Shown: positions 1 to 8,085 of the stretch, in pieces
Layout: the number at the start of each line of letters is the position of its first letter
Numbering within the stretch: the stretch's first letter is position 1
Assembly (NCBI GenBank): GCA_041577335.1
Contig: JBFGJH010000037.1
Span: 1 to 32,812, forward strand
DNA from: Acidimicrobiia bacterium
Lineage (GTDB): Bacteria > Actinomycetota > Acidimicrobiia > Spongiisociales > JAENVV01
Direction: 5' to 3'
Length of the DNA stretch: 32,812 bases
The notes under the pieces: generated by a model
Seen by the model: the letters and a program-made list of their open reading frames with translations, nothing else
The model's database searches: none
Told to the model about the DNA's origin: nothing
Translations under genes and position numbers: made by a program

Positions 1-953
1 ACCCGGTCCACTGAGCCGAGCGGCAGTGCGCCCGTCTCGAGGAACTGCGTCAACAGCACGATGGGTAGGTACCCCTGGAGGTACTGCGCCTGATCGATGG
101 CGAACAGCATGTTGCCGTCGACAATCGCCTGCAGGACGTCCGGACCGAGGTCGAACGTCGCGATGTTCATCGTGCCCAGCTGGCCGGCTGCGTCGAGCGC
201 GGCCAGTGCCGGAACGGCGCCGGTCGGGCCGAGGGTGAGGATGCCGTCGATGCTCGAGTTGGCCTGCAGCGCACCCGCGATGGCCTCCTGCGATCCGGTG
301 GGATCAGCTAGATCGACCGGGATGACGTCGACGGTACCGCCGAGTCCATCGGTGAATCCCTGGCAACGCAAGTCGAGGGCCGTGTTGCCAACTTCCTGGT
401 TCACACAGATGGCCGTTGTCACACCCGCTTTGGCCATCTCTTGGCCGGCGATGAGGCCGGCTTCGTATTCGGTCTGCCCAACGTGGACAAGCACACCAAG
501 GCGGGCAAAGTCGTCACTACCGGAGTTCATCGAGATCACCGGAACGCCAGCAGCGACCGCTGCTTCGATGGCGGGCCCGAGGGCGTCTGCATCAGGAATG
601 GTCACGACGAGACCGTCGGGCTGGGACGCGACTGCGGCTTCGATGATCTGGCTCATCTCGACCATGTCGAACGTGCCCGGCGCCTGGTACTCGACCGTCA
701 CACCCATGTCATCTGCGGCGGCCTGTACGCCGTTGGCTGCCACCGACCAGAACGGGTCGGATGATTGCCCGTGCGATACAACTACGAACCGCATATCCCT
801 CTGGGATACTTGGCCGTCATCCCCGCCTGCTGCTGCGGTGGTGGCTGGTGCCGCATCTTCGGCAACGGTGGTATCGGCCGCATCGTCGCCGCCGCATGCG
901 GCAGCGACCAGTGCGAGGGCCATCAACATGACCAGTAGACGAAATCGTTTCAT
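1..953 (-). CDS. Sugar ABC transporter substrate-binding lipoprotein (Peripla_BP type, probably inositol); runs off the left edge
   Basis: Not in the ORF track because it has no stop in the window. Translated by hand from ATG at 953: [24 protein letters not shown]...[21 protein letters not shown]...[12 protein letters not shown]. Lipobox AAAC; SD GAGGAGGG at 961-968. The inositol assignment is inferred from iolB nearby. Confidence 0.9.
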   Translation of the reverse strand, partial: MKRFRLLVMLMALALVAAACGGDDAADTTVAEDAAPATTAAAGGDDGQVSQRDMRFVVVSHGQSSDPFWSVAANGVQAAADDMGVTVEYQAPGTFDMVEMSQIIEAAVASQPDGLVVTIPDADALGPAIEAAVAAGVPVISMNSGSDDFARLGVLVHVGQTEYEAGLIAGQEMAKAGVTTAICVNQEVGNTALDLRCQGFTDGLGGTVDVIPVDLADPTGSQEAIAGALQANSSIDGILTLGPTGAVPALAALDAAGQLGTMNIATFDLGPDVLQAIVDGNMLFAIDQAQYLQGYLPIVLLTQFLETGALPLGSVDR

Positions 954-1067
954 CAACAACCCCTCCTCGGAGCTTGCGGAACGTTTCTGAGATCCGCGTA
1001 CGAACGCGCTCTGCGATTCAATTGTTCGGCTCCCGGTAGCCCGGGCGCGCTAGATGTCAGTTGTACT

Positions 1068-1129
1068 CGTTGGAACGCTCCAACGTCTGACGTCCGCGCA
1101 CGATAGCCTGCTCGACATATCCGGCGCAA
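1068..1129 (-). promoter_or_regulatory. Sigma-70-type promoter (TTGCGC-N18-TATCGT) with downstream LacI-type operator CGTTGGAACGCTCCAACG
   Basis: Near-palindrome with central CG at 1068-1085; -10 at 1100-1105 and -35 at 1124-1129 on the minus strand. Confidence 0.65.
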
Positions 1130-1388
1130 CAGAACTACGCGTACCGGCCCAGATTCGCCCTGTCTGCGTTTCCCGATCACCGCACAGTCATGATCATGCC
1201 ACTGAGTGGCGTACCTGGGACTCGACTCGATGAGAGTCTTTCCCGATCGATATTGGGAGAATCGACACCTCTCTGCTCTCCCTCATTGGCGGAAGGCCAC
1301 CCGCCCGCTGATCCGGTGATCAGGCAGATTTCCCCGCCCAGCATGACCTTCGAATCAAGGGAGGCCTGATGCGGGCAGTCGCGTTCAC

Positions 1389-1970
1389 CTAACCCATCGA
1401 TGGTTCAGGATTCGACCCAAGCCAGGACTCCACGAGGTCAGTTGCCTCTGGGGTGAGCCGCAGCAACAGCTTGTTCCGACTGCGGCGACCAAGGACAGCC
1501 TCGACGGTAGCTTCTGCGAACTGCTCCGAGGGTCGGTTCTCCCAAGCTACGTCTGCGAACCATTCCGTATCGGGGGGGAGGCGTTGGGCCAGTATGAACT
1601 CCGGTCGCAGCTCGGCGTGTGATCTGCACGCGATCTCCAGGTGGTGGGCAAACTCATGCACAAGCGCTGCCTCGAGGTTGGCAGCCGTTGCCGGGACCCG
1701 CACCAAAACGACACGGGATTGCTGGTCGTAGCGGGCAGTGTCTTCGAGCTCGGGTTCCGCCTCGAGCTGAACTTGTCCGATACATCCGGCCACCGCGGGA
1801 GCCGATGCCACGAATTTCGCGAATGTTGCCTCGGCCAGTGCCTCGAGATCGAAGGCAACGCTTTCCCCAACGACCAGTTCGGCGTCGTTGTTGCGCACCG
1901 CGGTCCATGCCAGCCAGGTGCCGACGGCAACCACTCCGAGGAGCACCGTTATCCTCAGCGGCCGATTCAC
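1389..1970 (-). CDS. Hypothetical membrane-anchored protein with HExxH (zincin-like) motif
   Basis: Part of ORF 1389..2129. Likely start is GTG at 1970 (VNRPLRITVLLGVVAVGTWLAW, a TM or signal segment). Motifs LVHEFAHHLE and downstream EQFAE. Confidence 0.6.
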   Translation of the reverse strand: MNRPLRITVLLGVVAVGTWLAWTAVRNNDAELVVGESVAFDLEALAEATFAKFVASAPAVAGCIGQVQLEAEPELEDTARYDQQSRVVLVRVPATAANLEAALVHEFAHHLEIACRSHAELRPEFILAQRLPPDTEWFADVAWENRPSEQFAEATVEAVLGRRSRNKLLLRLTPEATDLVESWLGSNPEPSMG

Positions 1971-2239
1971 CGCCGTCGGTCGCTCACGGCGGGCGTCTTC
2001 CGTTCGAGGCGCAGAGGTGAGTTTGGCGGATTCATCAAGTCTGCACGATAGAGTCGGCTCGGCACGGGGAGCACAAATGACCGGGTTATTCCACCGATAC
2101 AGCAGTGGAAGCCGTGCTGGACGGCGCATCCATCAACATGACTCGGCACGAGCAGCTTCGCTCAACCACCACCCGATGTTCTACCACGCCGCTCGGGGAG
2201 CGATTCTGGGACGAGCATGACGGCTCCGGCTTGGCGACA

Positions 2240-2296
2240 TTGACACGATCCGGACTGCGGCTTATCTTCCGGTCAGGCTTGGCTGGAACGCTCCAA
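2240..2296 (+). promoter_or_regulatory. iolB promoter (TTGACA-N17-TATCTT) plus LacI-type operator TGGAACGCTCCAA
   Basis: -35 at 2240-2245, -10 at 2263-2268. The operator at 2284-2296 is identical to 1071-1083. Confidence 0.75.
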
Positions 2297-2362
2297 ATCG
2301 AGCCGGGCCGGCAAACAAACCCACCACCAATCACCCTGACACGCAGCTAGTCGAGGATTTCG

Positions 2363-3208
2363 ATGCAGCAACTCTTCTTCCCGAGCGGTTCCGCCACTTC
2401 ACCCGGTGCTTCCGTGGAGGTCACCGCTGAGTCTGCCGGCTGGGCCTACAGCGGCCTGACCGTTCTGCGCCTCGCCGGCGATGAGCCGCGCACCATTGCC
2501 ACCGGTTCCACCGAGGTCGCCGTGCTTCCCCTGGCGGGTACGTGCCGGGTGGAGGTCGAGGACAAGAGCTTCGACCTCGACGGTCGTGACGGCGTCTTCG
2601 CCGGCATTGCGGGGTTCGCCTACGTACCCATCGATAGCGAGCTGCGGATCTCGGGAACGGGCGAGATTGCCCTGTGTACCGCAGAAGCCCGTCGCCGGAT
2701 CGATCCCTACTCGGTTCGTGCGGTCGATATCCCGATCGAGGTTCGTGGCGGCGGCGTCGGCACCCGCCAGATCAACAACTTCCTCAGCGCCGACATGTTC
2801 GAAGCCGACCGTCTGATCGCCGTCGAGGTGATCACTCCGGAGGGCAGCTGGTCTTCGTATCCGCCCCACAAACACGATGAGTTCTCAGACGACGAAGTCG
2901 AGCTGGAGGAGATCTACTACTTCCGCATCGACGGCGACCGCGGGACGGGCTTCTTCTCTTGTTACACCTCCGACGGCGCGATCGACGAGACGGTCACCGT
3001 CCGCGACGGTGACCTCTACCTGGTGCCGCGCGGCTATCACGGCCCCGCCGCCGCCACGCCCGGCCACCACATGTACTACCTGAACGTGATGGCCGGGCCC
3101 GCCGACGAACGGGTGTGGAGATTCTGTGATGATCCTGTCCACACGTGGGCGCGTGGCATGCTCGATGAGCTGCCACCCGATCCACGACTTCCATTGACAA
3201 CAGCTTGA
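2363..3208 (+). CDS. iolB: 5-deoxy-glucuronate isomerase (myo-inositol catabolism)
   Basis: KduI/IolB motifs EVITPEGSWSSYPPHKHDE, LEEIYYF, VPRGYHGP and MYYLNVMAGP; SD GAGGA. Confidence 0.95.
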   Translation: MQQLFFPSGSATSPGASVEVTAESAGWAYSGLTVLRLAGDEPRTIATGSTEVAVLPLAGTCRVEVEDKSFDLDGRDGVFAGIAGFAYVPIDSELRISGTGEIALCTAEARRRIDPYSVRAVDIPIEVRGGGVGTRQINNFLSADMFEADRLIAVEVITPEGSWSSYPPHKHDEFSDDEVELEEIYYFRIDGDRGTGFFSCYTSDGAIDETVTVRDGDLYLVPRGYHGPAAATPGHHMYYLNVMAGPADERVWRFCDDPVHTWARGMLDELPPDPRLPLTTA

Positions 3209-3226
3209 AGACTTGAAGAGAGGTAA

Positions 3227-3607
3227 ATGAATATGCAGGACATGACTTTTGTCATCGGGCCGGACCGACCAGTAGCGGACATCTGGGACACTCTGGGTGC
3301 CGCCGGGCTCAACCTCGAGGCATCGTGCACGTACCCCACACTCGAAGGACGCGTCGTCCGCGTGGTGCTTGCCGATGAGCATGCCGAGGCAGGTCGCGAA
3401 GCGCTGCTCAGCGCAGGGTTTGGCGCCATCGACCGAAGCGAGGTGATCATCGCAGACCTCGACAACCGTCCCCGAGCACTCGGTGATCTGGCTCGCCGCC
3501 TCGCCGACACGGGTGCCGTGCTGACAACGTTGTACATGGCAATGGGCGACCGAGTCGTAATCGGCGCGGACGATCTCGACAAGGTCCGCTCTGTCGTAGG
3601 CGGGTAG
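3227..3607 (+). CDS. Tandem ACT-domain protein
   Basis: Two ACT-like repeats (DRPVADIWDTLGAAGLNL; DNRPRALGDLARRLADTG); SD GAGAGG; follows iolB closely. Confidence 0.75.
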   Translation: MNMQDMTFVIGPDRPVADIWDTLGAAGLNLEASCTYPTLEGRVVRVVLADEHAEAGREALLSAGFGAIDRSEVIIADLDNRPRALGDLARRLADTGAVLTTLYMAMGDRVVIGADDLDKVRSVVGG

Positions 3608-3823
3608 ACATCGTGAGATCCCACGGCGCGAGCTGACCGATACGCACCACTTGCGCCGGTTCGTCACCTCTCTGGGTGTTGATATACACGGCGGCGGCTT
3701 CTTGTTCCCGAAGGGGACCAAGGACCGTATGGCTCCCCCTCTGAGCCCGATCCTGTCCTGCCCGCCGGCGCGGCGAGCACAGAATCGGAACGAACGGCTC
3801 AGCCCGCTGCGTACGCCTATGCC

Positions 3824-4261
3824 ATGCACCTTTGGGCGCGCCTCGACCTTCGTCGTCGTGAATGGGAGCGAGCTGCCGCGAGGAACTCTACCGGTCGTCA
3901 GTTTGCCCATACGGCGGGATTCCATGCCCTCGACTTCGAGATCCACGTTCTCGATGTGAGGGCCGCGTCGGGACGCGGGGATCGCAGCCTCGCCTTCGAT
4001 ACTCTCGAGCTTCTCAGGACACCCGACCAGCCCGATCACGAACTGGCCGCCCTTCTCTATGAGCGCTGGCTCATCACCGGCGAAGAGCAAGACCGGATCG
4101 ACGCCGCCCACGCCTACGGCACTCGCCACGACCTGGCACCGTCCGCGCACACCGCACGGCGACTCGGCCGACTCACGGGTGAGGCGGTCGCTCTTTCTGA
4201 TGTCTCAGAAGCCGCCGGAGATCCCCCGCCCCCCGAAGCCTTCTCGAAGTTCCTCGCCTAG
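3824..4261 (+). CDS. Hypothetical helical protein, possibly a C-terminal remnant
   Basis: Fills the gap before the glmS stop with plausible codon usage. No SD and no recognisable motif. Confidence 0.4.
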   Translation: MHLWARLDLRRREWERAAARNSTGRQFAHTAGFHALDFEIHVLDVRAASGRGDRSLAFDTLELLRTPDQPDHELAALLYERWLITGEEQDRIDAAHAYGTRHDLAPSAHTARRLGRLTGEAVALSDVSEAAGDPPPPEAFSKFLA

Positions 4262-4264
4262 TCG

Positions 4265-6091
4265 CTACTCAACCGTCACGGTCTTGGCCAGGTTGCGAGG
4301 TTTGTCCACATCGAGGCCGCGTGCCTTGGCGATGGCGTACGCGAAGATCTGGAGCGGCACCACCGAGAGAACCGGCGACACCAGCTCAGGCGCAGCCGGA
4401 ACGGCCATGATGTGGTCGGCAATCCGCGAGGCTTCCTGGTCGCCCTCTGAGACAACCATCAGCAGCTCACCGCCACGAGCCTTCATCTCTTCCATGTTGG
4501 ACATGGTTTTCAGATGGAGGTGACTGTTGGTTGCTACACCAACGACGAGCACACCATCCTCGATCAGAGCGATGGGTCCGTGCTTCATCTCACCGGCGGG
4601 GTAGCCCTCGGCACGCGCATAGGCGATCTCTTTCAGTTTCAATGCCCCCTCCAATGCGATCGGGAACGAAACCCCTCGCCCGAGGAAGAACACGTCTCGC
4701 GTCTCGGCATAACGCCGGCCGATCTCCGCGAACGTTTCCGCCGACTCGAGCAGAGTCTCGGTCTGCTCCGGCAGCCTGCGCATCGCCGTCGTTTCAGTCT
4801 GAATGGTGGCATCGTCGAGAGAGCCTCTGTGATGGGCGAGATACAGCGCCAAGAGCTGCATGGTCACCAGCTGACACACAAAGGTCTTGGTCGACGCCAC
4901 CCCGATCTCGGGCCCGGCACGGGTGTAGAGCACGGCATGGGATTCACGGGCCATCGAAGAGTCGACCACATTGGTCGTCGACATGATGTAGGCACCCTGG
5001 GCCCGGGCATATTGCAAGGCGGCCAACGTGTCGGCGGTCTCGCCCGACTGGCTCATGCCGATGACCAGCGTCTTGCTGTCGAGCACGGGATCTCGATACC
5101 TGAACTCCGAGGCGATATCGATCTCAACCGGTATGCGAGTCCAACGCTCGATGGCGTATTTGCCCATGAGTCCGGCGTGATAGGAGGTGCCACAAGCCAC
5201 CACGAACACCTTGTCGAACGCCCGTGCTTGCTGGGGGGTGAGACCAATGTCCAGCACCACCTCACCTCGGTCATTGATCCGGCCGGCGAGGGTATCCCGA
5301 AGAGCGCGAGGCTGTTCGAAGATCTCCTTCAGCATGAAATCGTCATACCCTTCCTTCTCGGCCGATTCGAGATCCCATTCGATCTCACGCACCGCCAAAG
5401 GCAACTGCGCGCCGTCGAGGTCGGTCAGAATCACGGAGTCCTCCGTGACCTCGACCACCCGATCATCCTCGATAACACCCATCGACCGCGTGTGCGAGAG
5501 GATCGCGGAGATGTCGGAGGCCAAGTAGTTCTCGCCTTCGCCAAGACCAACGATCAGAGGGCTTCCGCGACGGGCGCCAACCACCAGGCGCGGGTCGGAT
5601 CGTCGCATGACACCGATCGCGAGGGCGCCGTCCGTTCGCTTCATCACTTCGCGTACTGCCTCGCCCAACGAGCGGTCGGCCATCGACTCGACCATATGGG
5701 CAAGAACCTCGGTGTCGGTGTCCGAGCTGAAAGTGTGACCGGACGCGATCAGCTCATCCTTCAGCTCCTGGTAATTCTCGATGATCCCGTTGTGGACGAC
5801 GGCAACATCGGTAGAGCAGTCGAGGTGGGGATGGGCGTTGTCCGTAGTCGGAGGTCCGTGGGTCGCCCACCGCGTATGGCCAATCCCGGATGTGCCTTCG
5901 TAGCCGCCGACCGCGTCCAATGCCTCGACCAGCCCGGCGATTCGGCCGGCGTTCTTGGTGACGCCGAGAGCGTCGTTGTTGATCACCGCCACTCCGGCGG
6001 AGTCGTAACCACGATACTCGAGCCGTTCGAGTCCTTCGATGAGTATGGGTTGAGCCGGCCGAGGTCCGACGTAGCCAACAATGCCGCACAT
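4265..6091 (-). CDS. glmS: Glutamine--fructose-6-phosphate transaminase (isomerizing)
   Basis: MCGIVGY N-terminus, LEYRGYDSAG, GHTRWATHG, SQSGETADT, C-terminal PRNLAKTVTVE. Confidence 0.98.
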   Translation of the reverse strand: MCGIVGYVGPRPAQPILIEGLERLEYRGYDSAGVAVINNDALGVTKNAGRIAGLVEALDAVGGYEGTSGIGHTRWATHGPPTTDNAHPHLDCSTDVAVVHNGIIENYQELKDELIASGHTFSSDTDTEVLAHMVESMADRSLGEAVREVMKRTDGALAIGVMRRSDPRLVVGARRGSPLIVGLGEGENYLASDISAILSHTRSMGVIEDDRVVEVTEDSVILTDLDGAQLPLAVREIEWDLESAEKEGYDDFMLKEIFEQPRALRDTLAGRINDRGEVVLDIGLTPQQARAFDKVFVVACGTSYHAGLMGKYAIERWTRIPVEIDIASEFRYRDPVLDSKTLVIGMSQSGETADTLAALQYARAQGAYIMSTTNVVDSSMARESHAVLYTRAGPEIGVASTKTFVCQLVTMQLLALYLAHHRGSLDDATIQTETTAMRRLPEQTETLLESAETFAEIGRRYAETRDVFFLGRGVSFPIALEGALKLKEIAYARAEGYPAGEMKHGPIALIEDGVLVVGVATNSHLHLKTMSNMEEMKARGGELLMVVSEGDQEASRIADHIMAVPAAPELVSPVLSVVPLQIFAYAIAKARGLDVDKPRNLAKTVTVE

Positions 6092-6177
6092 ACGCGATCC
6101 CTTTCGATTGGGGACCGGTCAGGTATCACCGGTCCATGGGATCGCAGAAGCCTGAGACGGCCTCGGCCGAGGCCATC

Positions 6178-6350
6178 CCGCACGCCGCATGGTTTCTGTC
6201 CCTGGAGTTGCCACCAGGTTTTGTTCCCTGCGTTTCGACTGTGTGAGCCGAGAGGGCATCCGCCGACACCAACCCCAGGCACGAAGCCCGCGGCCGGCTA
6301 TTCGATACTCCCTCTACCTCGTCACCCCAAAGGGGTCAGGCGCTTTGTTA
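6178..6350 (-). ncRNA. glmS ribozyme (GlcN6P-activated self-cleaving riboswitch)
   Basis: Minus strand reads AAAGCGCC-UGACCCC-UUU-GGGGU-GACGAGGUAGAGGGAGUAUCGA...UCGGCGGAUGCCCUCU-CGGCU-CACAC-AGUCG...CCUGGUGGCAACUCCAGG-GACAGAAA. This matches the catalytic core, P3 and the P4.1 GNRA loop. Directly upstream of glmS; predicted cleavage A|G between 6344 and 6343. Confidence 0.92.
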
Positions 6351-6577
6351 TGAGTGCGATCCACTGTTTGTATCGGCAGGATCGTAGCCGGACCTGAACG
6401 GATAGCCCAGAGGTAGATTGAGCTACTTCGCGTCGAGACCGGCTGCGCCTCGGGCGCCCCCCACCAGACCGGCTGAACAATGCTCGCCACGCATCCCCGA
6501 AATAGCTGTCGGCAGCTCCGTCGATGAGTTTCGATGGCGTACCCTGGCCTCACCACATGAGAGGGAGATGAAAGACG

Positions 6578-6994
6578 ATGAGCATCCTGGTGCCAGTGGA
6601 CCTATCCGATGCCAGCGAGAGAGCCCTGGCTCATGCCGATCAGCTTGCCGGTTTTCTCGACGACGAGATAATCGTCTTGGTGGTAATCGACGAGGCAATG
6701 GTTGGAGCCTTTCGGGCGCTTGCCGAGTCAGAAAACACAACCGAACGCCTCGCGATCAAATCCCAGGTGGACGGAGTCGCTCAGACGGTGAAGGCACCGG
6801 TGCGCGTTGAGGTCATCGAAAAGACCGGCGTCGCCCAGACGATCATCGATTCGGCCAACGACCACAAGTGCCGCCTGATCGTGATGGCATCGCGGGGACG
6901 CTCTGGCGTCCAGCGCTGGATGCTGGGCAGCGTGGCCGAAAAGGTCGTCCGCGCCAGCGACGTTCCCGTAATGATCGTGCCGATACGCGCCTGA
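6578..6994 (+). CDS. Universal stress protein
   Basis: ILVPVDLSDASERAL N-terminus and LIVMASRGRSGVQRWMLGSVAEKVVRASDVPV; SD GAGGGAG. Confidence 0.95.
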   Translation: MSILVPVDLSDASERALAHADQLAGFLDDEIIVLVVIDEAMVGAFRALAESENTTERLAIKSQVDGVAQTVKAPVRVEVIEKTGVAQTIIDSANDHKCRLIVMASRGRSGVQRWMLGSVAEKVVRASDVPVMIVPIRA

Positions 6995-7055
6995 CCGGCC
7001 GATATCTCAATCGTCCAGGGCCCCGTAGGGTGACCTTCGTGCAGGACTGAGCAAT

Positions 7056-8012
7056 ATGTCACAGCAGAGAATCGTCATCGAGGGTGTCCGCAATCCCGCC
7101 AAGCTGCCGGGACTTGCCGCCATCGAGGGCGCCGAGCTGGTTTTCACAAAAGGCCCCGAGCAGTTGGAGGCAGCGCTCCCCGGCGTCGAAGTGATCTTGG
7201 GGTTCGGATACCGCGATCGCGCTCTCGAGCAGGCGTGGCATAGAGCCGACTCACTCCAGTGGATTCATTGGTGTGCGGCAGGAGTCGATACGTTGCTGTT
7301 CCCGGAGCTGGTGGATTCTCCGGTCGTTGTCACGAACGCGGCGGGGATATTCGATGGCGATATCGCAGAATGGGTGGTGGGTATGGCCATCGCCATGAGC
7401 AAAGACTTCCCGAGAGCGTGGCGGGCCCAAGATTCCCGGGAATGGAAGTTCTTCGCAGGGACCCGACTAGCCGGAACCCGTGCCGTGATCGTCGGTGCCG
7501 GCAGAATCGGGCGAGCCATTGCCCGCGCGCTATCTGGGCTGGGCGTATCCGTGACGATGCTCGCCACATCCACCCGGCCCGACAACGAGTTCGGCACGAT
7601 CCATGAGTTCCTGCCTGATCATGCGTCGTTGCGCCAAGCCGATTGGGTGATTACCGCGTTGCCGAACACGGCCGCCTCCCGGGAGCTCGTTGGACGCAAC
7701 ACGTTCGATGTGATGCCGGCTCACGCCAGATTCATGAATGTGGGCAGAGGCGACTCGGTCGTGGAGTCCGACCTCAGAGATGCTCTCAACGACGGCTCGA
7801 TCGCTGGGGCGGCGCTCGATGTCGTCCAGCAGGAACCTCTCGACGAGAAAAGCCCCTGGTGGGGAACCAAGAACCTCGTGCTCACACCCCACAACTCCGG
7901 CGACGTTGATGACAGCCTCGACCTCATGGTCGACCTGTTCCTCGACAACCTCGAGCGGTATCGAGACGGCCTCCCCCTCCGCAACGTGGTGGACAAGCAA
8001 CGCGGGTACTGA
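7056..8012 (+). CDS. D-2-hydroxyacid dehydrogenase (NAD-binding)
   Basis: AGVD, GAGRIG Rossmann motif, NVGRG, AALDV..EPL and TPHNSG. Confidence 0.92.
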   Translation: MSQQRIVIEGVRNPAKLPGLAAIEGAELVFTKGPEQLEAALPGVEVILGFGYRDRALEQAWHRADSLQWIHWCAAGVDTLLFPELVDSPVVVTNAAGIFDGDIAEWVVGMAIAMSKDFPRAWRAQDSREWKFFAGTRLAGTRAVIVGAGRIGRAIARALSGLGVSVTMLATSTRPDNEFGTIHEFLPDHASLRQADWVITALPNTAASRELVGRNTFDVMPAHARFMNVGRGDSVVESDLRDALNDGSIAGAALDVVQQEPLDEKSPWWGTKNLVLTPHNSGDVDDSLDLMVDLFLDNLERYRDGLPLRNVVDKQRGY

Positions 8013-8085
8013 AACGCCTGGATGTGGGCGGACCCGCTGATGGAGGGAGCTCCGACCCGTTGCCGGAACCCCCTCCGATCCTGAG

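Noticed and set aside
97..990. 297-aa plus-strand ORF
   Set aside because: Antisense shadow of the sugar-binding protein gene on the minus strand.
2885..4150. 421-aa minus-strand ORF
   Set aside because: Overlaps iolB and the ACT gene in antisense; no recognisable domain.
4514..6397. 627-aa plus-strand ORF
   Set aside because: Antisense shadow of glmS, typical of high-GC DNA; no motifs.
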